Shown: positions 55,201 to 64,000 of the stretch, piece after piece
Position numbering within the stretch: the first letter of the stretch is position 1
How the letters are laid out: the number at the start of each line of letters is the position of its first letter
IMG/VR virus record: IMGVR_UViG_3300030419_001484
Span: 9,795 to 73,794 of that record
Origin: a virus
Length of the DNA stretch: 64,000 nt
Strand: one strand, 5' to 3'
The notes under the pieces: generated by a model
Seen by the model: the letters and a program-made list of their open reading frames with translations, nothing else
The model's database searches: none
Told to the model about the DNA's origin: nothing
Translations under genes and position numbers: made by a program

Positions 55201-57554
55201 TCAATAGGTTTCAAGAGGACAGTACAGTTGCAAAATTATTACTTGATGGTACTGACTCAAGTAGTACAAACGCTGGACAACAACTCGCAACAGAAAATGC
55301 TGGTGATAGTTTAATACTTAATAGTACAGATGGTTCAGATAATGCAAACGATAAAATTCTTTTTGAAGATGAAACAGGAAGTGGTGATATATTACTGGAC
55401 GGAACTGACTCTTCATCAACAGATGCTGGTGATAATATTATCAATCAAGATGCAATTGACTTCAGTAATAAGAATGTAACGATTACAGACTCAAGTGGTG
55501 CAAGTGGTACAATCGTCAAGGCAGACATTGGAACTATTACAAGTTCAGTTTCAGTCACACAAACAGATCAAGGTTCATATGATAATATCCAAAGTCTTAT
55601 GGGTGAGGACTTAAATCGTATTCAAGACTCATATTATTATCAAGATTATTCTTATGAGGTACAGGTCGGTGTATCTCTTGGAGATTATCTAAACGAATTA
55701 CAGAAGGCAGTTCACCCAACAGGATTTAAACCATTTGGTAAAGTGTCTATTGCAAGTTCAATATCAGTTGCAGTATCGACAACTGCGTCTGGTGTTGGTG
55801 ATTATACAGGTGATGATACGTTTACACCAGAACTTGCATCTACACTTATTAACATCTTTCAAGTTGAACTTCAAAGAAGAACGGAAGCTCCAATATATAA
55901 TTTGGGTGATACTGATGATCAGATATTATTTGAAAATGGTCTTGTTCCAGGCGATAAGATTATTCTTGATGGTAAATCATCAACTGCATCATCAACAACC
56001 AATACAGACTTTTCGATACTTCTAGAGGATAATTTACAACCATCTGGTTATGATTATGATGTTGCGTATTTGGTTTTAGATTCAAGTGCGGCTGGATTTG
56101 CAGACGAACATAGTAAGGTTGATTTAGAATCTTTTGCTATAGTAGGAGAGTTTGATAGTCTGTTATTAGAAGCACCACTTCTTGCAGTCTCCGATGCAAC
56201 ATTTGATACTGCTGTGATACTGAGTGATACCGATGGTTCAGAATCTACAATCGGTGCATTGACTTTCACAACCAGTTTTGAACTAGGAGGATTTGAATCA
56301 CAAACTTTAGAAAATGTCGTATTTACTGATAACATTGAACAACCAGGCAGTGAAGCAGTTCTTCTTGAAGATGCGTTTGTTACAACTGGTGATAATATAC
56401 TACTGGAAGATTTACCTGTAACTGGAACTGGTAGATTAATGTCAGAGAGTGCTCCACTTGTTGCAAGTGGTAATGCAGAACTGGCGTTTTTAAAAGAAAC
56501 AGAAGTAAGACTTGCATCTAGACCAATACCAAGAGTGATTAATAGTTTACTAATAGAACTTGCAAAAAATCCATTTGGTGGAGAACCAGATGGAGTACAA
56601 TTAGAAAATGGTGAGATAGGAAAGTTTGAATCTGGTGTTGTAGTGTTAGATGGGTTACCACCATTAGATTTCAACGCACCAATTATATTAGAGGGTGATG
56701 AAGATTTAGACCATGTTATATTAGAAACAGGTAGTAATATATTAATGGAAACTGGACACAGGACACTTAATGAAGATCAAGGTTTTACAACAAGGGGTAT
56801 ATTAGACAGAGTAGAACTTGAAACAGGAGGTATTCTAATCTCAGAAGATGGTCAGTTTGGAGTATCTGATTTTGCATCTGATTTATCTTTTGGTGCTGGT
56901 GATAGAATAGTATTAGAAGATTTTGATAATGTTCTTCCATCACTAAGTGAGATAGGTGATCTTAAATTTGAAGACATACTAAAACCATCTAAGATAATAC
57001 TTAGTGACCCACCACATGACCAGAACAACGCACACGCAGACGAAAACGTAGGAATATTATTAGAGGACTTTGGTAGATTACAACTTGACGGAACTGACTC
57101 AGACTCAAGTGATGCTGGTAGTTTTGTAGCTGCAGAAGAGGATACTAATGTCAAGTTTGTTCTAGAAGAGTCTGGAAGTCTATTGACAGAATCCACATCA
57201 ACTAATACCTTTGATGATTTTGTAGAACTTGAAGATGACTCTGGTGTTGTGAGATATGAAACAGTTACCTTTGATGGTGGTAAAGTTGCACTTGAATCTT
57301 TTGAGTTGATTTTGGAGGAGGGTCAAATACCATTTGAAAATCTAAGACTAAATACTTCACAAAACACAAAAGTTAAAATTGGAACACAACGTATCACTCA
57401 TAGTTCAGTTATAACTGTAAGAGATACAGGACACGTTGTTCTTGAGGATGGTACACAAGACAATGTTGGGGAACAGTTTAGATTAGTATTAAATACCTCT
57501 GCTGATGAAAATGATAACATAAGTTTAGAGGGTGGTACTGGTATTATACCATAA
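52233..57554 (+). CDS. gp7: Large baseplate wedge protein gp7-like
   Basis: FVKFLKDYYKFLE, IKDLYAAKGT, IQDSYYYQDYSYEV, VHPTG; between gp6 and gp8. Confidence 0.75.
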   Translation: MSKNETKLTTKVSSLISGQVPEFVESDHSLFVKFLKDYYKFLEAGQLTVTATIQNIIQETVTTSYILQEDGERTLAESSSGKFINGETITGGTSNATATVLIEDSRNSRLYITSQQLFITGETITGSTSSSTATVDEYRANPVQNIQQLLEYGNTDTTIHDFLEKLRLSFMAGIPNSLASGTSKRNLIKNIKDLYAAKGTSEATKLFSRLFLGEEAGVLYPNQYIMKPSHGDFRQKTVLRASADSGVFGSEVIGQVITGASSGATAVIEASVDFQQAGVAISELQIANLVGTFTDGEKFTATSTTKDLEVGFTIRAIVSSGTIVNDGILHDDNEDITLESIGNENATVKVGGIKRGSVSGVEIDDVGQKYEVGDAITFTAVSADTDVESAVGFVSMVGGGIQLETGTLDDSSLTDDAIILESGSTTHLEPFSIILEQITTDTFKGDGDTTVFTLTNLSTSTDSDITVYLDNIKQTTTNKDGTTNFTLSGTTLTFTTAPEDRANIRLEGAANDALVLDGTNSSSLDAGHNITTEEGLDFEQKDAHTTSTDQIVLEFDTFENLGETAENGSIQKIHISDGGGSYTDLPTLGITTTTGTGAKIVGVTNDIGALTDINIQDSGFAYSESNPPEMTPQAHFVLKDVTGTFASGNTLTTHVGTVKGWDSTKNILDTTFENVIRVEQESSSTYQEGIQLEDYTVISEDIAEGFLLEDTQDFEPDEGDSIVLEGTEVVTPPADFVTLVVKVVRNADDTANIFEIDGVNQPTLALTQGNTYYFDLSDSSLYNADTSENHQLKFSTTSDGTHGSGSAYTTGVTSSAAYIDIGTSGAYIQIVVATDAPDLYYYCVNHSGMGGAIRSKEVQTFVKDEGSNLVLDGSATTIFGLQLEDSLGNGFIREEGLTLTRASRISLDGENTDSDFGLSDGDILLEDGSNDGDTSFILKEGSDTHETTGVEDTFGGTILLEMSTLDGLVGQTSDTVGGFFVQDDGAKLLINRFQEDSTVAKLLLDGTDSSSTNAGQQLATENAGDSLILNSTDGSDNANDKILFEDETGSGDILLDGTDSSSTDAGDNIINQDAIDFSNKNVTITDSSGASGTIVKADIGTITSSVSVTQTDQGSYDNIQSLMGEDLNRIQDSYYYQDYSYEVQVGVSLGDYLNELQKAVHPTGFKPFGKVSIASSISVAVSTTASGVGDYTGDDTFTPELASTLINIFQVELQRRTEAPIYNLGDTDDQILFENGLVPGDKIILDGKSSTASSTTNTDFSILLEDNLQPSGYDYDVAYLVLDSSAAGFADEHSKVDLESFAIVGEFDSLLLEAPLLAVSDATFDTAVILSDTDGSESTIGALTFTTSFELGGFESQTLENVVFTDNIEQPGSEAVLLEDAFVTTGDNILLEDLPVTGTGRLMSESAPLVASGNAELAFLKETEVRLASRPIPRVINSLLIELAKNPFGGEPDGVQLENGEIGKFESGVVVLDGLPPLDFNAPIILEGDEDLDHVILETGSNILMETGHRTLNEDQGFTTRGILDRVELETGGILISEDGQFGVSDFASDLSFGAGDRIVLEDFDNVLPSLSEIGDLKFEDILKPSKIILSDPPHDQNNAHADENVGILLEDFGRLQLDGTDSDSSDAGSFVAAEEDTNVKFVLEESGSLLTESTSTNTFDDFVELEDDSGVVRYETVTFDGGKVALESFELILEEGQIPFENLRLNTSQNTKVKIGTQRITHSSVITVRDTGHVVLEDGTQDNVGEQFRLVLNTSADENDNISLEGGTGIIP

Positions 57555-57586
57555 ATAAACGTATAAATAAAACGAAGGATTAAAAT

Positions 57587-59086
57587 ATGGCCGCAATAAT
57601 CACTGAAAAATTTAGACTGCATAATGCTTCTCAGTTTGTTGAATCATTTTCTGAAGCATCTGCAAGTACTTACTATCTATTCTTAGGAAAGTCAAGTCCT
57701 TTTTCATCTGCAACATCTGGAGGTAGTGATAGTTCTCCACCTACACCAGCAGATGCAGTTGGACAAATAGAATACTATTCTTGGGATTCAATGTTAGGTG
57801 CAAAAAACATATCTTCTTCTGATATAACAAGAACAGTTGTTAGAAGAAACTGGGCAAACGGAACAACGTATGATATGTATGAACATAACATTAGTTCAGA
57901 TAATACAACAACTTCTGGTGCATCTAATCTATACGACTCAACATTCTATTTCCTAACATCTGCAAACAGAGTATACAAAGTTTTGGATAACAATGGTGGA
58001 ACTGCATACTCTGGTTCTGAACCAACTTCAGAATCTACATCACCTTTTGCATTAGGTGGATATGTTCTCAAATATATGTACTCAGTATCTTCTTCTGATG
58101 CAGCCAAGTTTTTAACAACAGACTTCATGCCAGTGTCAACTGACTCAACTGTAAGTGCGGCCGCAACTGATGGTGCAATTGAGTCTTTGATAATTACTGC
58201 TGGTTCTGGATATACAGACGGAACATATTATGCAGCTGTTTACGGAGATGGAACAAGTCAAGGAACTTCATCTGGTGCGATTGTAAGAATAACAGTATCA
58301 GGTGGTGCGATACAATCATTCGGTTTAACCGCTGGTTCTGACACAACAATTCATGATGGAGGAGCCGCATATACATACGGAACAGTTAATCTAGGTTCTA
58401 GTTATACATTCTCTGACTCTGGACTGTCAAGTTCTTCCTCTATGGGAAGTGGAAGTGGTGGTGTAGTTCAAGTAGTTATTAGTCCAAAAGAAGGTCATGG
58501 AAATGATGCAGTCGCAGAATTAGGTGGTCATTACGTTATGACATCAACTACAGTTACACAAGCAGAGGGTGATGACTTTTCAACTGCAAACGATTTTAGA
58601 CAAGTTGGTTTAGTTGTAGATCCCACAACATATGGAACATCAACAGTTGCAAGTTCTTCAACTGCAAGACAGACATATGTTGTCAAAGGGTCTAGTGTAT
58701 CTGGAACTTTTACAGCAGATGAAAAAATTACACAAGCATCAACTGGTGCAGTAGGAAAAGTTGTTGAGTATGATAGTGATAGAAGTTTACTTTACTATCA
58801 ACAAGAAAGGTTCGGTGACTTTGGAACAAGTTCTACAACTGGTGGGTACGTTGCGTTTAGTGGAACTAACGCAATCACTGGTGATAGTTCTAGTGCAACC
58901 TTGACACCATCAAGTACAACTGAATCAGTAACACTTGCAAATAACAATACATTGTCACTTACTTCTGGATATGCAAATCCAGAATTACAACCAGATAGTG
59001 GTCAAATAGTTTATTTAGAAAATAGAAAACCAATATCAAGAGCGTCAGACCAAACAGAAGACATCAAACTTATTATAGAGTTCTAG
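57587..59086 (+). CDS. gp8: Baseplate wedge protein gp8
   Basis: MAAIITEKFR, VYKVLDN, KYMY, ENRKPISRASDQTEDIKLIIEF; TATAAATA at 57562. Confidence 0.9.
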   Translation: MAAIITEKFRLHNASQFVESFSEASASTYYLFLGKSSPFSSATSGGSDSSPPTPADAVGQIEYYSWDSMLGAKNISSSDITRTVVRRNWANGTTYDMYEHNISSDNTTTSGASNLYDSTFYFLTSANRVYKVLDNNGGTAYSGSEPTSESTSPFALGGYVLKYMYSVSSSDAAKFLTTDFMPVSTDSTVSAAATDGAIESLIITAGSGYTDGTYYAAVYGDGTSQGTSSGAIVRITVSGGAIQSFGLTAGSDTTIHDGGAAYTYGTVNLGSSYTFSDSGLSSSSSMGSGSGGVVQVVISPKEGHGNDAVAELGGHYVMTSTTVTQAEGDDFSTANDFRQVGLVVDPTTYGTSTVASSSTARQTYVVKGSSVSGTFTADEKITQASTGAVGKVVEYDSDRSLLYYQQERFGDFGTSSTTGGYVAFSGTNAITGDSSSATLTPSSTTESVTLANNNTLSLTSGYANPELQPDSGQIVYLENRKPISRASDQTEDIKLIIEF

Positions 59087-59087
59087 T

Positions 59088-62000
59088 ATGCCACAAATTA
59101 CAGATTTAAACATTGCGCCTTATTATGATGACTTTGACAAGGATGATAATTTTCATCGTGTTCTCTTTCGTCCTGGCTTTGCCATACAAGCGAGAGAACT
59201 AACATCACTCCAATCAATTATGCAAAACCAAATCGAAAGATTTGGTAGACATATGTTCCAAGAGGGAACAGTTGTTATTCCTGGCCAAGTTACATATTCT
59301 GATATTGTAACTAATGTTCAACTTGCAACCACATTCGCTGGAGAAACTATTGACCCAAAACAATATTATAATGCGACAACTCCAGTTATAATTACAGGTG
59401 TGACAAGTGGTATGAAGGCTGCAGTTATTGGATATCAAGATGCAACTGCAACATCTCAACCAATACTGGTTCTTAGATATCTTAATACTGGTAGTGATAA
59501 TGTAACTGAGTCTTTTGCAGATAGTGAAAATATAACAGCAGATGTTTCAATCACACATACTTCATCATACGCTTCTGAAATTGCATCTGCAACCACACAT
59601 TCAGATGATGCCGCTCAAGTTGGCACTGCTGTAAAGGTAGAAGAGGGTGTATATTTTATTCGTGGACAATTTGTTAGATGTGCAGAACAAACATTATATT
59701 TAAATTATAGTTCCACAGATGTAACATCAAGAGTTGGATTTGCTGTATCAGAGGAACTTATCACACCAGAGTTAGATTCAAGTCTTACTGACAATGCAAC
59801 AGGAACTTCAAACTTTGCAGCCAAGGGTGCTCACAGATTGAAGATTACATTAACACTTACATCAAAAGATGAAGGTTCTTCTGACGACACAGATTTTGTA
59901 GAACTTGTAACTATTAAAGGTGGTAGAGTTTTAGTAAATAAATCAGAAGTAACGAAATATTCTCAAATAGGGGATACTCTTGCAAGAAGAACATTTGATG
60001 AGTCTGGTAACTATACCACTCGTCCATTTCAGTTTGAAGTTAAAGAAAGTATAGATAATTCTGTAAAGACAAAAGAGTTTGAAGGTGTATATACCTCTGG
60101 TGCATCTACAGACGATGGTGCAACTGCTGGAGAAAGTTTACTCACACTTTCAATAACTCCAGGCAAAGCATACGTCAACGGATATGAGATTGAAAAAACT
60201 GCACTTACATTCAAGGATTTAAAGAAGTCCAGAGATTTTGATACAATAAATGCTGGTGTTACAAACTTAGAAATAGGAAACTTTGCAACAATAACAAACG
60301 TCTATGGAACACCAGATATCGCAGACATCTCTGGTGAAACGACTCCATACAACACTATAAAATTATTTCAAAATCCAACAGTAACTAGAGGTAGTTCAAC
60401 TGGTATGGGTAGGAACATGGGAGTTGCAAGAGCTCGGGCTATGGAGTACTCACAAGGTACTTTAGGTAATACAGAGGCAGAACATAAGTTATATCTTTTT
60501 GATATTCAAATGTTTACGAGAATTGAACTTAGTGCAACACCAAGTCCAACTCTTACTGCAACCCATTCAACAGGTGTGAGAGTAAAAGGTAATACTTCCA
60601 ACGCAGTTGGATTTGTATTTAGTACAGAAACAGTTGAAAATGACCCATCTAAAACAGATGCAGTTATCAACCTTGTAAATGTTTCTGGTACTTTTCAATC
60701 TGGTGAAAAAATTATTGCATCTGATAGTGCAGAAACAGGTAAACTTTTAGAGGATAGTACTAATACTGATATAACAATATCTGAAGTGACGAGTTTTAAG
60801 TTTGAAGAAACAAAATCAATGTTTATGGATGATGACGATAGTGGTCAAGACTTTACCGCTGATATGGTTGATACAAAAAATGTTGTGGGAATTGTTAGAC
60901 AAGAAGACTCACTAAGTGGTGGTGGTATATTACTTGAAGATTCTTCTGAGGGAACATTCATAGAGTTACAGTCAGAGGGTATCGCACAATTAAAAAGTCC
61001 AGAAAAAAATTCTGTAATATTTAGATTACCGAAAAAAACAACAAAAACACTTCTAACTGAAGATAACTCTGGTGCGAGTGACTCACAAGTTATACTTAGA
61101 AAACAATTTGTAGGAACAACTAATGCTTCTGGTGCAGTTTCGTTCTCTGCTGGTACAAATGAAACATTTGCAAGTTATGCTGATGCTGATTATTCCATGT
61201 CAATACTAACTGCTGGTGATGGCACTGGTGCTCAAGGGGATTTGGTAGATATAACAGACACCATCTCTGGAACTGGTAGTTCAACAGTTACAATAACAGA
61301 TAGTACAATATTAGGAAATGCAGCTAAAGTTAAATTTATAGGAACTGTTACAAAAACAGCTGTATCTCCAAGAATTAAAACTACTAACCTTTTAAAACAA
61401 GTAAAGGTTATTGCAAGTGACGCTGATGGTGCATATGGTGTAAGAGCAGATGATAAAGAGATATCACTAGGTCGTGCAGACGTTTACAGATTACAAGCAG
61501 TATATGACTCAGAGGATACAAGTACAGATGCATCTGCACCCACTATGGTATTGTCAAGTATATCTGGAACATTTACCAGAGGTGAGAAAATTACAGGTGG
61601 AACTTCTAATGCAAAAGGTAGAGTGTTAACAACAACATCACCAATGTCTTACACACTCAACGGAACTTTTGGTGCAACAGATTTTACAGTAGGAGAAACT
61701 ATAACAGGAGAATCCTCTGGTGCAACTGCAACAGTAGGAACAAAAACTGCTGGTAGTAAAATCATAACACAGAACTTTGAACTAGATACAGGACAAAGAG
61801 ATAACATTTATGATATTGCAAGAATAGTTAGAAAACCAGGCGCAGTAACACCTAGTGGTAGATTACTTGTTGTATTCGACTTTTTCTCACATGGTGCTGG
61901 AGAGTTCTTCTCAGTGGACTCATACAGTGCGGTTGCTGGTCAGATGAACTATGATGATATACCAACATACACAGCTGCAAGAGTTGACCCAGATGATCCA

Positions 62001-64000
62001 GAACCAACAGGTAAATTTGATCTAAGAGATTGTTTAGACTTCAGACCCACAGTAGCAGATATAACTGGTTCATCAACCACTGTGACTGCAACTGATACTA
62101 TTACTGGTAACTCATTTGATTTTTCTGCAAGGTCATTTAGTGGAACTGGTTCGGTTGTGGTTAACACTCCAAAACCAGATAGTGCATCTACACATGATTT
62201 TGAATTTTATTTGGGTAAACTGGCAACTGTATTTTTAACTGGTAAGGGTTTATTTAAAATTGTTGAGGGTGCACCAGCAGAATTTCCACGACCACCAAAA
62301 GATTTAGATGGAGCAATGAAACTTGCATCAATATCTGTTCCACCTTATACATTTAGACCAGATGACGTAAATGTTTCAAGAGTAAGAACACAAAGATTTA
62401 CTATGAGAGATATTGGTAGACTTAAAAGTCGTGTTGAAAATATTGAAGCCGTTACTGCACTTAGTTTACTAGAGAGAGATGCAGAGTCATTTGAAATACA
62501 AGATGCAAACGGATTGAACAGATTTAAGTCTGGATTTATTGTTGATAACTTTGCTGGTCATAGAGTGGGTGATGTTTTACATAAAGATTATCAAAACTCT
62601 ATTGATATGGAAAATAACATATTACGACCTAAGTGTGTTATGAGAAATGCTGTACTTACAGAAGTTGCAACAACTGATACTGCAAGAACAACTGCTGGGT
62701 ATAAAAAAACTGGTGATTTAATTACTCTACCATATACGTCCACATCATTTATCACACAACCTTATGCAACTAGAGTTGAGAATGTCCAAACATATCTAAT
62801 ACATGAGTGGGTTGGTAAAATAACAATGAACCCATCTGGTGATGAATGGTTTGAAACAGAACAAGTTCCAGCGGTTATTGTGAATGTCGAGGGTAACTTC
62901 AATAGTATAGTTGCTGGTTTGAAAAATCAAGGTAGTATGGGAACAGTTTGGAATGCATGGCAAACACAATGGAGTGGGGTTGTTGGAACTACCACAGAAA
63001 CCCATATGGAACAAATCGGTGGGTTTGGGAAAGATGATAAAAATCAAGAATTTAGAACAATTGAAAGAATAATTGAAACTTCTAGAACAGATTTAAAAAG
63101 AACTGGTGTAAGCACAGGTGTGATTGAAAGAGTGGATGAGGAAGTTATTGATGATAGAGTAGTGTCAAGATGTATTATTCCTTTCGTAAGACCAAGAACT
63201 GTGACTGTAACAGGAGAATGTTTTAGACCAGGCATTAGATTGTATGCATACTTTGATGGTAGAGATATGAGTGCATATGTTACACCATCTTCTCAAGATT
63301 ATTCTAACGTAACATCTCCAGTTGAAGGAAGTGCATTAATAACAAATGGAGCTGGTAAAGTTGAGTTTTCTTTTAGAATACCAGAGTATAGGTTTCAAGG
63401 TCAAGAGTCACAACCAGTATTTAGAAGTGGAGAGTTGGAATTTAGACTTACATCTAGTTCAACAAATGATAAAACATCATTACCACTATCTGCTGGTCAA
63501 ACAACTTACATATCATCTGGTGTTATTGAAACTCGACAAGAAACAATAAGAGCAACAAGAAACGCAGAAGTTGTACAGGAAACAGTTAATGAAACAACAA
63601 GTATTTTTGATACATCTGTAAAGGGTACTAGAGTAAGTATCTATGAGGATAGAGGAAGAGATAAAGTTTCAGCTGCTGATGTTAAAGATGAAGTAGTAAA
63701 TGCTGCAACTGGTGCACTATATACAACTGCTGATATAGGGACAACAAAAAATACTGGTGATACATCAATAACACATGAAAGAAGATTTGGGTACTGTCCC
63801 TCAGACCCACTTGCACAAACATTTCTAGTTCAAGAACTTGGTGGTTGTTTTGTAACAAGTGTAGATTTATTCTTTGCATCTAAAGATAATACATTACCTG
63901 TTTGGGTTGAAGTTAGAAATGTTGTTAATGGATATCCAGGCACAAAGTTATTACCTTTTGGAAGAAAGGTCTTAGAACCATCTGATATAAACGTAGATGT
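59088..64000 (+). CDS. Giant virion structural protein (DUF4815-like), 3' truncated by window edge
   Basis: MPQITDLNIAPYYDDFD...VLFRPGFAIQARELT; GKAYVNGYEI; RFKSGFIVDNF; DPLAQTF; absent from ORF track, consistent with no stop before the edge. Confidence 0.85.
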   Translation, partial: MPQITDLNIAPYYDDFDKDDNFHRVLFRPGFAIQARELTSLQSIMQNQIERFGRHMFQEGTVVIPGQVTYSDIVTNVQLATTFAGETIDPKQYYNATTPVIITGVTSGMKAAVIGYQDATATSQPILVLRYLNTGSDNVTESFADSENITADVSITHTSSYASEIASATTHSDDAAQVGTAVKVEEGVYFIRGQFVRCAEQTLYLNYSSTDVTSRVGFAVSEELITPELDSSLTDNATGTSNFAAKGAHRLKITLTLTSKDEGSSDDTDFVELVTIKGGRVLVNKSEVTKYSQIGDTLARRTFDESGNYTTRPFQFEVKESIDNSVKTKEFEGVYTSGASTDDGATAGESLLTLSITPGKAYVNGYEIEKTALTFKDLKKSRDFDTINAGVTNLEIGNFATITNVYGTPDIADISGETTPYNTIKLFQNPTVTRGSSTGMGRNMGVARARAMEYSQGTLGNTEAEHKLYLFDIQMFTRIELSATPSPTLTATHSTGVRVKGNTSNAVGFVFSTETVENDPSKTDAVINLVNVSGTFQSGEKIIASDSAETGKLLEDSTNTDITISEVTSFKFEETKSMFMDDDDSGQDFTADMVDTKNVVGIVRQEDSLSGGGILLEDSSEGTFIELQSEGIAQLKSPEKNSVIFRLPKKTTKTLLTEDNSGASDSQVILRKQFVGTTNASGAVSFSAGTNETFASYADADYSMSILTAGDGTGAQGDLVDITDTISGTGSSTVTITDSTILGNAAKVKFIGTVTKTAVSPRIKTTNLLKQVKVIASDADGAYGVRADDKEISLGRADVYRLQAVYDSEDTSTDASAPTMVLSSISGTFTRGEKITGGTSNAKGRVLTTTSPMSYTLNGTFGATDFTVGETITGESSGATATVGTKTAGSKIITQNFELDTGQRDNIYDIARIVRKPGAVTPSGRLLVVFDFFSHGAGEFFSVDSYSAVAGQMNYDDIPTYTAARVDPDDPEPTGKFDLRDCLDFRPTVADITGSSTTVTATDTITGNSFDFSARSFSGTGSVVVNTPKPDSASTHDFEFYLGKLATVFLTGKGLFKIVEGAPAEFPRPPKDLDGAMKLASISVPPYTFRPDDVNVSRVRTQRFTMRDIGRLKSRVENIEAVTALSLLERDAESFEIQDANGLNRFKSGFIVDNFAGHRVGDVLHKDYQNSIDMENNILRPKCVMRNAVLTEVATTDTARTTAGYKKTGDLITLPYTSTSFITQPYATRVENVQTYLIHEWVGKITMNPSGDEWFETEQVPAVIVNVEGNFNSIVAGLKNQGSMGTVWNAWQTQWSGVVGTTTETHMEQIGGFGKDDKNQEFRTIERIIETSRTDLKRTGVSTGVIERVDEEVIDDRVVSRCIIPFVRPRTVTVTGECFRPGIRLYAYFDGRDMSAYVTPSSQDYSNVTSPVEGSALITNGAGKVEFSFRIPEYRFQGQESQPVFRSGELEFRLTSSSTNDKTSLPLSAGQTTYISSGVIETRQETIRATRNAEVVQETVNETTSIFDTSVKGTRVSIYEDRGRDKVSAADVKDEVVNAATGALYTTADIGTTKNTGDTSITHERRFGYCPSDPLAQTFLVQELGGCFVTSVDLFFASKDNTLPVWVEVRNVVNGYPGTKLLPFGRKVLEPSDINVD

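Overview
AT-rich segment of a T4-like (myovirus) phage genome, most likely marine and infecting an alphaproteobacterium. That host is inferred from a circularly permuted two-piece tmRNA, GANTC/GcrA-type motifs in promoters, and zf-CHCC and IscA genes. Core genes are class II RNR (nrdJ, 5' end outside the window), rnh, phoH, gp33, gp59, gp32, tRNA-Thr, a minus-strand tail/baseplate block (tape-measure-like gene, gp51, gp26, gp54-like, gp2, gp4), gp48, gp53, a baseplate hub, thyX, gp5, gp25, gp6, gp7-like, gp8 and a giant DUF4815-type virion protein that runs off the right end. Between them lie early-promoter-driven small ORFs and about 17 dispersed 2OG-Fe(II) oxygenases plus a flavin halogenase-like gene. 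Main observations: (1) an ~850-nt RNA island where the permuted tmRNA has a 294-nt intervening segment containing a structured RNA and two small ORFs, followed by more unexplained structured RNAs; (2) sigma70-type promoters carrying a position-fixed CGAATCA/TGATTCG (GcrA/CcrM-type) box, three with upstream IHF-like sites; (3) a U_UUU_UUA -1 slippery site that would fuse gp26 to gp51 upstream of the tape-measure-like gene; (4) conditional avoidance of CCWGG, GGNCC and GCNGC except where overlapped by GGC/GCC or AGCT; (5) a GANTC-dense non-coding origin-like region with candidate sRNAs. All calls are by eye from motifs and synteny; no searches were run.
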